A stretch of 64,000 bases of DNA from positions 1,312,001 through 1,376,000 of the forward strand of contig CBDCNQ010000005.1 in assembly GCA_965219445.1 (NCBI GenBank), in the 5' to 3' direction. Positions 21,376 through 30,652 of the stretch are shown here, in pieces (within the stretch, counting starts at the first letter, position 1; every line of letters starts with the position of its first letter). The notes beneath the pieces were generated by a model. It was given only the letters and a program-made list of their open reading frames with translations, was not told where the DNA came from and ran no database searches. This DNA is from Longimicrobiales bacterium. Its GTDB lineage: Bacteria > Gemmatimonadota > Gemmatimonadetes > Longimicrobiales > Gaopeijiaceae. Both the position numbers and the translations under genes were made by a program.

Positions 21376-23275
21376 ATCGGGATAGGGGAGGACCGGCGAT
21401 CCCGGTCCTTCCCCTCCCACACCACCAGGCATGCGGGTCCGCACCTGGCGGTTCGGTGAGTTGAGGTCAGTACGGCGTGAGCCGGGGCACACCCAGCTCG
21501 TCGAAGTACGCCCCTGGCAAGGCCGTGTGCAGGGCGTGGTGCGCGGCCACGTGCCACCAGCTTCGCGCGAACCGAGCAGCTCGCCAGGCGAGGTTCTCGC
21601 TCACACCGCGAGCCCTCAACTCCCGGTACGCTGTCCTTCCCCGTTTCCACTGGCGTAATTGCAACGTACGCAGCCGGCGGTGGATCCATTGGTCCAGGTC
21701 TCGGAAAACCCCCGGTGTATCCGCTAAGCCGAAGTATGCCTTCCACCCCAGCACGTAGCGCCGTAGCTCTTCTGCCACCTGTTGCAGGCTCCGCCCGCCA
21801 CTCCGGCTTGTAATCTGCCGGACTCGCTCCTTGAACTTCGTCAGGGCCTTCTTGCTGACCCGGCGCTTCACGACCTTCCCTGCCGCTACCCAGAAGCTGT
21901 AGCCCAGGAACTGTCGATCCCACACTCGCGCCACCGCGCTCTTTTCCTCGTTGACCTGAAGCCGAAGTTTCCCGTACAAGTGCCTCAGCGCCTGCATCAC
22001 ACGTTGTCCTGCCCGCCTCGACCGCACGTATACATTGCAGTCATCGGCGTACCGGACAAACGCGTGTCCGCGTAGCTCCAACTCCTTGTCCACTTCGTCC
22101 AGGAGCACGTTCGCCAGCAACGGCGACAACGGTCCGCCCTGAGGCGTCCCCATGTGCCGCTCCATCACCACCCCGTTCGCCATGACTCCGGCTTCCAGGT
22201 AGCGACGGAGGATCCGCAGCATCGCCTTATCCTCGATCCGCTTTGCCAGCCGCCCCATCAGCACGTCGTGGTTCACCCGGTCGAAAAACTTCTCCAGGTC
22301 CACATCCACCACCCATCGTCTCCCTTCCTGGATGTATTGCTGCGCTTCGCGCACCGCATCGTGTGCTCGGCGCCCAGGCCGGAAGCCGTGGCTGTGCCGA
22401 CTGAACGTCGGGTCGAACCTCGGTTGCAGCACCTGCAGGATGGCTTGTTGGATGAACCGGTCCAGCACGGTCGGAATCCCCAACTCCCGGACCCCTCCCC
22501 CACTCTTCGGTATCTCCTGCCTTCGTACCGGCTTCGGTTGGTAGGTCCCCGCCAGCAACCGCTGTCGGATCTCCCCCCAGTGCCTGCGCAAGTACTCTGG
22601 CAGCTCCTCCACGCTCATCCCGTCGATGCCCGGACTGCCCTTATTCTGCCGCACGCGTTTCAACGCTCCTACGAGGTTGGCACGCCCGACCACCTCCTCC
22701 ATCAGGAGATGCTCGCTTCCTGAGCGCTCGTCTCCATGGGCCACCGTTCCGGCTTCGCCACTCCCCTCTACCTTCGGGGCTTCACCCCTATCCTCCAGCG
22801 GGAGCTCCAGTTGCCTGGACTCCTGGCGCATGGCCTTCTCGAGATCCACGGTCGTCACACTCTCCTCTCCGTTCGGCCCTTCGTCCGACAAAGCTGGGTC
22901 CAAGCGCATCATGCACTTCGTCGGCCTACTATGGCCTCTGCTGACTTCTCGCTCCGCCGGCAGGCCCAACAGCGCAATGCCGGCGTCGCCCTTTCAGGCG
23001 TCAGGCGAGACCTCCCCGGGTAAGAACGATGACCTTCCCCGCACAATCGCCGGATCTACGCCGCTTCCCCTTGGTCGCAGGAGCTTCGCGGTCAGTGGTC
23101 CGCTCGCCCCGGTCCGCAACGCCTCGTATCCGGTTCCTGTTCGTCGACTCACGGGTTCGTTTCACGCTTCGTTCAGCGTACGCCTCACGACGAACGCCTT
23201 GCGCTTCCCTTCGGTCCCTGCGACCAGGTTCCGGGAGGACTTTCACCTCCAAGTCATCGCCCATGCCGGGCCCAC
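21376..23275 (-). mobile_element. Group II intron, class IIC (1900 nt)
   Basis: 5' GTGGGCCCGGCATGGG; TTACCCGGGGAGGTCT and AAGTCAGCAGAGGCCATAGTA motifs; domain V GAACCGCCAGGTGCGGACCCGCATGCCTGGTGGTGT with CGC triad; domain VI ends CCTATCCCGAT; precise exon rejoining. Confidence 0.93.
21467..22858 (-). CDS. ltrA: Group II intron reverse transcriptase/maturase (no endonuclease domain)
   Basis: RELGIPTVLDRFIQQA, VDVDLEKFFDRVNHD, GTPQGGPLSPLLAN, RYADD, FLGYSF; GTG start after GAGGAG. Confidence 0.95.
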   Translation of the reverse strand: MTTVDLEKAMRQESRQLELPLEDRGEAPKVEGSGEAGTVAHGDERSGSEHLLMEEVVGRANLVGALKRVRQNKGSPGIDGMSVEELPEYLRRHWGEIRQRLLAGTYQPKPVRRQEIPKSGGGVRELGIPTVLDRFIQQAILQVLQPRFDPTFSRHSHGFRPGRRAHDAVREAQQYIQEGRRWVVDVDLEKFFDRVNHDVLMGRLAKRIEDKAMLRILRRYLEAGVMANGVVMERHMGTPQGGPLSPLLANVLLDEVDKELELRGHAFVRYADDCNVYVRSRRAGQRVMQALRHLYGKLRLQVNEEKSAVARVWDRQFLGYSFWVAAGKVVKRRVSKKALTKFKERVRQITSRSGGRSLQQVAEELRRYVLGWKAYFGLADTPGVFRDLDQWIHRRLRTLQLRQWKRGRTAYRELRARGVSENLAWRAARFARSWWHVAAHHALHTALPGAYFDELGVPRLTPY

Positions 23276-24693
23276 CACACAGGACGTAGGTGGCCCACTG
23301 GCCCGCTCCGTGACGGATCTCGCCATCGGGTTGGACGCGACCATAGGGGCCGACCTGGCGGACCCGGCCACCCGGATTCTGACGGATCGGCCGCACCCCG
23401 GATTCGTGGACGGGCTCGATGCCGAGGCCCTTCAGGGGGCTCGGCTCGGGGTGTTGACCATGCTGTTGGGCGACCCCGCGGAGGATCAGGAGCACTCTCG
23501 GCTTGTTCGAGAGGCTCTCGACCGCATGAATGACGCCGGAGCGGAGATCATCGACATCGAGATCCCCGGTTTGGATTCGATCCTTTCCGGGTCGAGCCTG
23601 ATTGGCCACGAGTTCAAGTGGGACCTGATCGGTTACCTGGCCGCCACTCCAGGCGCACCGGTCGGTTCGCTCCAGGACATCCTCGATCGGGGTCTCTATC
23701 ACGTTCAGTTGGAGGCCACCTTCCGGCGCCGTGCTGCGACGGCGCAGAGAGACAGCGCCGCCTATCAACAGGCCTTAGGCAAACGTGCCGCGGCACGAAA
23801 TGTGGTGCTCGAGACGATGGACGAGCGGTCCCTCGACGCGATGGTCTACCCCACGATACGACGCAGGGCATCCCAAATAGGGGGATCCCCAACGGGGCTC
23901 GAACTGCCAATTGAGCGCAACGACAGGGCTTCCGGCACTGAGCGTCCCGGGGGGATTTACTGAAGCGGGGCTTCCCATCGGCATAGAACTCCTCGGGGGA
24001 CCTTTGGAGGACGCCCGACTGTTGTCGCTGGGCTTTGCATTCGAGCAATCCACCCAGCCACGACGTGCCCCAGCGCGAACCCCGCCGCTGGAAGACGGCA
24101 GGGCTCCTGACCCCGTCGCGTTCGAAGTGGCCGTCCAGGGGGGGCGTGCAGCTGCTTTCGTTCTGTTTTCATGGGATATCCCCACGAGCTCTTTGTCGTA
24201 TCAAGCGACTGTCTCAGGAATAGCGGTCGAAGAAATCATGGGGATGGGCCTCCACCGGGCCCAAACGAACCAGGAGGGCGGAGTGATCTACCGGCTCTCG
24301 GGCCCGGTCGACCAAGGAGCATCCGGCACGATTACGTTGAACGCTGGGGAACGAGAAGCGTTGATGGAGGGTGACCTCTATCTACGCCTGTACACGACGG
24401 AGGTCCCCTCGGGCGGGCCACGTGCTCCACTTCCCGCCCCGTGACGCCTCGACTTTGCGTCGACCCTTGATGACGCAGGGCTTCACCATGATCGTCGTCC
24501 TGTTAAGCGTCTGGATCCCGTCGCCGACAGCACCAGGTGCTATCCACGTTCCCGAGACGCCCAACGACCCCTGACCGCCAGTGAGTCGCACGCGCGCCCA
24601 GCCCCCCCCAGACGGGTGTACTTCTGGCGGCAGCCCGAGTATTTTACGGGGCTAACACAAGCCGATGGACCGTCCAAGAGTGAATAATAAGTC

Positions 24694-25098
24694 ATGGCCA
24701 AGCCCCCCCTACCGCTGATCGTCAAGTGGAGAGACCTCGCTCAAGAGGGTCAGTTTTACACCGACATAGCCAAGGATTTTCCTGATTACACGGCTAGTCA
24801 GATCCGCCATTATTGTCTCGGACACTCCGGCGCCAAGGCTCCGGGTCCCATACAAAAACGCAGGCGTTGGTCCGACAACCCATGGCTCCAGGGGGAGAAG
24901 TCACCGCACGCCCTTTTGGACGAAAAGCAGGTCCGGGAGGTCTTGGGCGACTGGGATGAAGAGAAGGGCTATTGGCGTAACGCCGCCGGACACTGGGCCA
25001 AGCTTCTGAGAGTCTCACCGAGCACGATTCTGGCGGTCAGGCGCGGCGATACGTGGAAGCACCTTAACCACCCCAACGCCGGGCGCAAGAAGAAGTAG
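24694..25098 (+). CDS. Small basic DNA-binding-like protein
   Basis: GEKSPHALLDEKQVREV...WAKLLRVSPSTILAVRRGDTWKH resembles the HTH tail of phage HNH endonucleases. Confidence 0.6.
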   Translation: MAKPPLPLIVKWRDLAQEGQFYTDIAKDFPDYTASQIRHYCLGHSGAKAPGPIQKRRRWSDNPWLQGEKSPHALLDEKQVREVLGDWDEEKGYWRNAAGHWAKLLRVSPSTILAVRRGDTWKHLNHPNAGRKKK

Positions 25099-25135
25099 GG
25101 GACCGCCGCGGGGCCCTCGCAGGATTCGGCCAGGG

Positions 25136-26203
25136 CTACATACTGCGGCAGTCTTCCTCAAGGCGATCCCTGGCCCTTTCCGGGGACTGGATGTCATCGT
25201 AGAAGTCGTAGAGATATTCCACCGCGTCCCTTCGATTGTCCTCCTCTAACCCCTCTTGGCCCATGTACAGCGCCTCGAGATCCGCGCGAATCTCTACGAA
25301 CTGGGCATAGACGAACTGGGCATAGACCGTGGAAAAGTCGAAGTTGGGGCGACAGAATCCCCGGTAAATCCGCTGCCGGACATTCCTGATGGGTAGGCCC
25401 TCGGTGGGCCTGGCGTACCTCGCCGACACAAAACCCGTCCAGTCGAAGTCGTAAGGGACCGGAACGTAAACACCTTCCGAATTCTGCAAGATCTCCGCAT
25501 TGTGGAATTGCACCATCGACCAGTCGGTATTCCCGACCATGTACTGAAAGACTGCGAAGCGCACGGCCTGTTCAGTACCGAAGTCTCGTGGGCTAGCCTG
25601 GCGGACCTCCAGGTACGTCCCCCCCAACCGCTCGGCCATCGCCTCGCCTTCCTCCCTGAAGAACGCGTACCGAACTACTGGATCGTCGTCGTCTTCCCCG
25701 TCGGCGTACGTGACGAGGGCCAACCGCACACGGAAACTCTCATCGGTGAGGAGATTGAACGTACGGTAGACCAGATACTCCTCGAGAACGTTCTGTTCAT
25801 CATCATCTCGGTCCCGGCAATGACTGACCAGCCTGATCCCGTTCTGCCCATCGAAGACCGTTCCGTCCATGCTATTCCTGGGAAAGTTGACTCGCAGGGG
25901 AGGGAACCGGCAATTCTCGAGCCTGTAGAGCCCACGGGTTCTGACCCGGATATCGATCGTGCGAGCCGTTCCTTCATCGTCGGTCAGCCTCAAGATCGCC
26001 GGTCGGTATTCGCTGTCCCGCGTCCGGTCACCCCGAAGGGCTCCATAGTCAGTCTCGATCGTAAATTCGATCAGCTCATGGGAGGAGAACAGACGCGGAA
26101 CCTCTCGTTCGACGGGCGCCGAAGCTTGCCCGGCTGCCCTTCCCGCGGTGATCGAAACGAGGGCCGTCACACAACAAAGCAGAACGAGTTGGGCGTTTTT
26201 CAT
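25136..26203 (-). CDS. Secreted CotH-kinase-like protein
   Basis: Signal peptide; EEYLVY..F, GNTDW, HN, PVPYDFD pattern like CotH-type kinases. Confidence 0.55.
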   Translation of the reverse strand: MKNAQLVLLCCVTALVSITAGRAAGQASAPVEREVPRLFSSHELIEFTIETDYGALRGDRTRDSEYRPAILRLTDDEGTARTIDIRVRTRGLYRLENCRFPPLRVNFPRNSMDGTVFDGQNGIRLVSHCRDRDDDEQNVLEEYLVYRTFNLLTDESFRVRLALVTYADGEDDDDPVVRYAFFREEGEAMAERLGGTYLEVRQASPRDFGTEQAVRFAVFQYMVGNTDWSMVQFHNAEILQNSEGVYVPVPYDFDWTGFVSARYARPTEGLPIRNVRQRIYRGFCRPNFDFSTVYAQFVYAQFVEIRADLEALYMGQEGLEEDNRRDAVEYLYDFYDDIQSPERARDRLEEDCRSM

Positions 26204-27309
26204 ACTGGTTTCCTCCGCTTGGTTCGACTCCTGAGTGACCGTAACTCGGCGGCCTCAACGTGGTCGCCACCCTCGTCGCGAATCTTGTCCAGCATGACGC
26301 CGGGCTGCACACCGGGCTTGAGCCGGACCAGGTACTGGAGGATTGAAGCACCGTCCTGCCCTGGGATGATCTCGGCCAACCGCCACCGCAGGGTCATATC
26401 GTTGAGCGGGCCCTCCACCACTGCCTGTGCCTCGCCGGCGAGACTCGCGTGGATGAGTGAGAGCGCGTAGAGCTTCTTCTCCGTGTGAACGTCCGTCTCC
26501 TCGTCCAGGTATGTCTCGAGGCGAGCCACCCGGCCAACCATCTCCTGGAGATCCGACTGCGGCGTCGCGGCGAGGAGTGCCTCATCTCCGATCGAAATCG
26601 CCGTCCTGGCAGATCCCGGCCCGGCCAACACGTCTCCGAGCCCAAGAGAGGACGTACGGTGCAACTGATCCACATAGATATTGCCGAACTTCATCTTCCA
26701 CAGAACCAGATTCACGGTATTGAATACCATTGACGCGAGAAGGGCCGTCCCCAGCCTTTGGCTTCCGGCCGCCAGGCCAACGCCGATGGCGAGAAAGACG
26801 TAGACCGCGTCTTTCGTGTCCTCCAGGGTTGTCCGGAACCGCACTGCAGCGACGATTCCGGCAAGGCTGAAGGCCAGGGCCACACTGGTCTTGACGATGA
26901 TGACGATCCCAGTCACGGCGACCGGTAGGATGATCAACGTATGTACGACCGACTGGTCGTATCCGCCTCTTCGCTTGATGATGATATAGGTCCAAGCCAC
27001 CGGAATCATTATGGCGAGCGCTCCAAGCAAAGAAAGGCCCTGGACCGCCAGGCCGGCCCAACCTTGAACATCTGCGTCTTCTTCCAGCGGGACACCGGCG
27101 AACGTCCGAGTGATCTCGTCAGTGAAGACCCCCTCACCGCCGGCTTCGATAATCGCTTGGGTCAGCCAAGGGTACGTCCACAGGAGAGCCGCCGCGGCGC
27201 CCAAAAGAACCACGTAATAGGCGAGAATTCGAGTCAGCGTCCGTGTGACTCCACCCCCACCTGGCGCCTTCTTCTTGGAGGTTTCCCCATTCCCGCGAAT
27301 CTCACTCAC
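26200..27309 (-). CDS. DUF4956 domain membrane protein
   Basis: ALAFSLAGIVAAVRFRTTLEDTKDAVYVFLAIGVGLAAG. Confidence 0.85.
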   Translation of the reverse strand: MSEIRGNGETSKKKAPGGGGVTRTLTRILAYYVVLLGAAAALLWTYPWLTQAIIEAGGEGVFTDEITRTFAGVPLEEDADVQGWAGLAVQGLSLLGALAIMIPVAWTYIIIKRRGGYDQSVVHTLIILPVAVTGIVIIVKTSVALAFSLAGIVAAVRFRTTLEDTKDAVYVFLAIGVGLAAGSQRLGTALLASMVFNTVNLVLWKMKFGNIYVDQLHRTSSLGLGDVLAGPGSARTAISIGDEALLAATPQSDLQEMVGRVARLETYLDEETDVHTEKKLYALSLIHASLAGEAQAVVEGPLNDMTLRWRLAEIIPGQDGASILQYLVRLKPGVQPGVMLDKIRDEGGDHVEAAELRSLRSRTKRRKPV

Positions 27310-27311
27310 CG

Positions 27312-27725
27312 TCAGTTCCCGGCACCGAACTCGGCGAGTAACTCGTCGTCCAGCTTATCGGCATACTCTGACGTCCAGAGGATGAGATCGATGAGCTCGC
27401 CCGGATCCAGGTCCGTGACAGGTCGCCCTGCAGTGAGGAAGACCACGTCATCGGCGTCTATGGAAAATGCCGCTCGGCCGAGAGAGTCATGAGCCAACTC
27501 GAGAAGGCGCTCATAGAAAGCGGACCCTGCGGTTTCGGGAACCCTCATGAGTGCGAGGCGGACCACGACGAGGCTTTCGGGACTCTCGGGGTCCTTCACA
27601 ACGCTCACGGAGCCGGAGGCCGAACCCCGCTCGATCGGCTCCTCGAAGCCCACGGCGAGTGTCCCGTCCTCCAGCCCGTCCAGAATGCGGTCGACCAGTT
27701 CCATCAACGACATGATCTTGGGCAT
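27312..27725 (-). CDS. YbjN/CesT-like chaperone-fold protein
   Basis: Acidic 137 aa; FYERLLEL...AFSID...ADKLDDELLAEFG. Confidence 0.65.
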   Translation of the reverse strand: MPKIMSLMELVDRILDGLEDGTLAVGFEEPIERGSASGSVSVVKDPESPESLVVVRLALMRVPETAGSAFYERLLELAHDSLGRAAFSIDADDVVFLTAGRPVTDLDPGELIDLILWTSEYADKLDDELLAEFGAGN

Positions 27726-27773
27726 GACGCAACTTCCATACTGCCCGCGTGCGTGGCAAGCAGCCAGACGGCC

Positions 27774-28829
27774 CTACATCTCCTCCCACCAGGTACTGCC
27801 GACAGGCTCGAAGTGGCTCAATCGCTTGCCCGCCTGGAAGGCGTAGCAGCGATGGTAATCGATGTGGGTGCCGTCGTCGAGGGTGGTGCCGGTTCCGTTG
27901 CCGTCCAGGCCACCCACGACCAGCCCGTCGATCCTGTAGTTGTTGGGGGTGGTGACGATGTGGCCGGCGAGCAGAATGCCATTCCACTGGAGTCCGGCGG
28001 CCCCGGTAAAGTCCCCCGTCACAATCAGGATGCCCTGGCCGCAGGGGGGGGAAGAACTCAGGTTTCCGTTGAAGCGAGTCACAGTGAACGAATCCACCGG
28101 CAGAGCGCAGGACGGCCACGTATCCTCGTAGTCGACCGGGAAGGCAGGGTCGGTAAGGACGGCCCAGTCGATGCCGATTGCGTCGAGTGCCGCCGCCGCC
28201 CCGAGGGACACCACCTCGGGGTCTGGTCCATCGATCGGATCGGGAGGCTCGATGGTCACCGAGCCGGAGCCCATCATCAGGGCGGTGAGGTCCACGGAGG
28301 TCTGCGCGCACGCAAGCGCGCCCGCACCGTCGGTGCCGTCGATATGGGCATCGTGATCGACGTAAAGATCTCCGGTCACTTGGGTCATCATCGCCACATG
28401 GTTCAGCGCGACTTCCCGCTTGACGGCGTACTGATAGACGGTCCGGCGTGCCGCGGATCCAGTGAAGGTCGGATCGGTGTACACCCCTTCGGACCCGAGC
28501 AGGTAGAGCGTCTCAAAGTCATCGATCTCAGACACCAGCCGCGCGGTGACCACGGCGTCCCCACCCGCTATGGCGTACGTGGCGGTGTCTTCGTGAACGC
28601 CGATCTGCTTCCCGACGTAGGACCGCAGGCCGGCCCGCGCGATGGCGAGCGCAGTCTGCGTCTCCTTGGCGTGGACGGACAGGAGTGCCTCATTGAACAC
28701 CACCTGGTAGCCGGCAGCGCCCGCCACCCCGATGCCAAAGAGGAGGAGGACGACCAACGCGAGCACGAACCCGCCCCTGGGGTCGTCGCCGACCTCGAGT
28801 CCACTGTTGCCGGTGTCGCGCCGGCTCAA
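27774..28829 (-). CDS. PilX-like minor pilin
   Basis: RGGFVLALVVLLL...ALAIARAG; TTG overlaps the upstream stop. Confidence 0.7.
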   Translation of the reverse strand: MSRRDTGNSGLEVGDDPRGGFVLALVVLLLFGIGVAGAAGYQVVFNEALLSVHAKETQTALAIARAGLRSYVGKQIGVHEDTATYAIAGGDAVVTARLVSEIDDFETLYLLGSEGVYTDPTFTGSAARRTVYQYAVKREVALNHVAMMTQVTGDLYVDHDAHIDGTDGAGALACAQTSVDLTALMMGSGSVTIEPPDPIDGPDPEVVSLGAAAALDAIGIDWAVLTDPAFPVDYEDTWPSCALPVDSFTVTRFNGNLSSSPPCGQGILIVTGDFTGAAGLQWNGILLAGHIVTTPNNYRIDGLVVGGLDGNGTGTTLDDGTHIDYHRCYAFQAGKRLSHFEPVGSTWWEEM

Positions 28830-29656
28830 TTCTTGTTCCTCAGAGGAATGCCCACTGTCCACTCATAGGAGTAGGACTCGATGCCCCCGATGGAGTCGGT
28901 GGCGATGCCGGAAGCTATCACGCGAATGTTTTCAATATTAGCCACTGGTGCACCTGCGATCGAGTTTTGGTACGTGGAACTCGGCAGTCTGTACTGGAAC
29001 TTCGTGTCGGGCGTGATGCCAGTCGCAAACTCCCGAAGCGTGTCTCCCGTAACCCCACGGTAAACCGCCAGCGTGATCGGATCGAGCTGCGATTCATCGA
29101 TCTTGAACTCCACCTCCCGGTAGATCATGATGACCTCACCGAGTGTCGTGCCGCCGGCGATCAGGAGCCGCCCGAAGTCGTCGATGGCGCCCACCGTGTC
29201 GGCCGCGTTGAGCGTCAGGCATTGGTTGGCGTCGTTGGCGCCCGACGACACGAGGAGATTGGTCCAAGTGTCCGCAGTGTAGGTCCAGTTTCCGCCGGCA
29301 TCCTGCCTGGCGTAGCCGGCCACCTCGGGTCCATAGATTTCGGAGAGGCCCGGCATGTACACGCGACCGTGCGTGATCTCGTCGTGGCAAACGCCTCCCA
29401 TCGCGATCGGAAGGCGCACCACGAAGCGCCGGCTCTCGGCCGTGGTGACCCCACCGCCCGCCACCCCCCGGACTTCGGAAGCAATCAGGTCGGTCACCAC
29501 GCGGAGATTGTCCTGAACACGCGTCCGTTGAACCACGGTGCGGTAGAAGTTGTTCTGCGTGAGGAAAACCGAGGCCACGAGAGCCACGATGACCGACGAA
29601 AGGGTGAGGGCCACGAGCGCTTCGAGGAGGGTGAAACCGGCCTCGCGACCTACCAG
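28826..29656 (-). CDS. PilW-like prepilin
   Basis: AGFTLLEALVAL type IV prepilin motif; start uncertain (in-frame CTG at 29656). Confidence 0.75.
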   Translation of the reverse strand: MVGREAGFTLLEALVALTLSSVIVALVASVFLTQNNFYRTVVQRTRVQDNLRVVTDLIASEVRGVAGGGVTTAESRRFVVRLPIAMGGVCHDEITHGRVYMPGLSEIYGPEVAGYARQDAGGNWTYTADTWTNLLVSSGANDANQCLTLNAADTVGAIDDFGRLLIAGGTTLGEVIMIYREVEFKIDESQLDPITLAVYRGVTGDTLREFATGITPDTKFQYRLPSSTYQNSIAGAPVANIENIRVIASGIATDSIGGIESYSYEWTVGIPLRNKN

Positions 29657-30042
29657 GGGCGGCCCACGAAGGCGACACCGCTGAAGGACGGCCCCGAGCC
29701 ACTCGACGGGGTGCCCGATACCTGCACGTGCCGGATGATCGCCGTCGAGTCGCTCACCGTTACCGACCAGGTATACGTCCGTCCCCGGATCGACGACGAG
29801 GAGTTGGTCGTGCCGACGGTTAGGGTGGCGTAATCCACCAACTCCAGGCTGTCCAACCGCTCCTGTCCCACGACCGCGAGCTCGGACCGCAGAGCCGCTC
29901 TCTCCATTTGCACAGACAGGGTTCCCGCCAGCCTCACGACGGCCAGCACTCCCATGGAGAAGATTACGAGGGCGCCGATCAGTTCGATCAGCGTGAACCC
30001 ATCCGGCGATAAACGTTGAGTCTTGTGACGTCCTATGCTCAA
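29650..30042 (-). CDS. PilV-like prepilin
   Basis: DGFTLIELIGALVIFSMGVLA. Confidence 0.8.
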   Translation of the reverse strand: MSIGRHKTQRLSPDGFTLIELIGALVIFSMGVLAVVRLAGTLSVQMERAALRSELAVVGQERLDSLELVDYATLTVGTTNSSSSIRGRTYTWSVTVSDSTAIIRHVQVSGTPSSGSGPSFSGVAFVGRPW

Positions 30043-30545
30043 CGCGAGTCGATCCTTGAGGCTCCCATGATGTTGAAAAATACATCGTATACTGTCACTC
30101 CAGCGGCGAAGCTGGCCGTCCCGAGCGGAGACGCCGAGCCGCTCAGGTCACCTACACCCCGAGCATCGAAAGCTACACTGTCCCCGGTCAATTGAAGATT
30201 CAAAGAGTCGAGCGGAATCTCGTTGTCTCGACCAAACTCTCTCTCTACGAGCGTATCGCCCGACTCCCGCCTGATGAGGTAGCTCCCTCCAGTTTCATCA
30301 AAATCCACGATGACGACCTCCCTGCCCCTCACGGCACTTGTCCGTGCAAGACTCAGGTCCATCGCAAAAACCTGCGCCGCCCGTCGGGCTGCTGTTCGAG
30401 ATTGGTAGCCCCAAAACATGGTGATGGCCAACATAAGCGTGATCGTGTAGAGAATGAGTGTGACAAGCATCTCGACCACAGTAAACCCCAACCGGGTCGA
30501 TGAATCCTCACGACTCGCCACGACATCGCCGCCGATATGCCTCAT
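30039..30545 (-). CDS. FimT/GspH-like prepilin
   Basis: LGFTVVEMLV; DLSLARTSAV; VAFDARG. Confidence 0.8.
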   Translation of the reverse strand: MRHIGGDVVASREDSSTRLGFTVVEMLVTLILYTITLMLAITMFWGYQSRTAARRAAQVFAMDLSLARTSAVRGREVVIVDFDETGGSYLIRRESGDTLVEREFGRDNEIPLDSLNLQLTGDSVAFDARGVGDLSGSASPLGTASFAAGVTVYDVFFNIMGASRIDSR

Positions 30546-30652
30546 GTACTTGACCGCTAACGCTCCTCCCGGTGCCGAGTCTCGTTCTAAAGATCGGCAG
30601 CCAACCGCCCCGACTCAACCATTTCGTGATCCCATTGCACGGCCGGACCGTC

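Larger units (their letters stand above)
20597..24444 (+). pseudogene. Secreted amidase with C-terminal CHRD domain, interrupted by a group II intron and a +1 frameshift
   Basis: GPLHGIPIILKDN, GGSSGG, GSDTCGSIRIPAS; removing 21376-23275 rejoins IIPLSHTQDVGGP; G5 run at 23880-23884 shifts frame before SNCQLSATTGLPALSVP; CHRD-like tail. Confidence 0.85.

Noticed and set aside
21467..22969. RT as retron, DGR or CRISPR-associated RT
   Set aside because: Complete group II intron RNA domains and exact exon rejoining explain it; no template/variable repeat with A-specific changes
23880..23884. Programmed frameshift or phase-variable tract in the amidase
   Set aside because: G5 is too short for phase variation, and the gene is already disrupted by the antisense intron
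27489..28868. 459-aa plus-strand ORF, and similar long antisense ORFs (3984-5225, 8143-9561, 42489-44159, 60598-62127)
   Set aside because: Opposite to well-supported genes; typical stop-poor shadow frames
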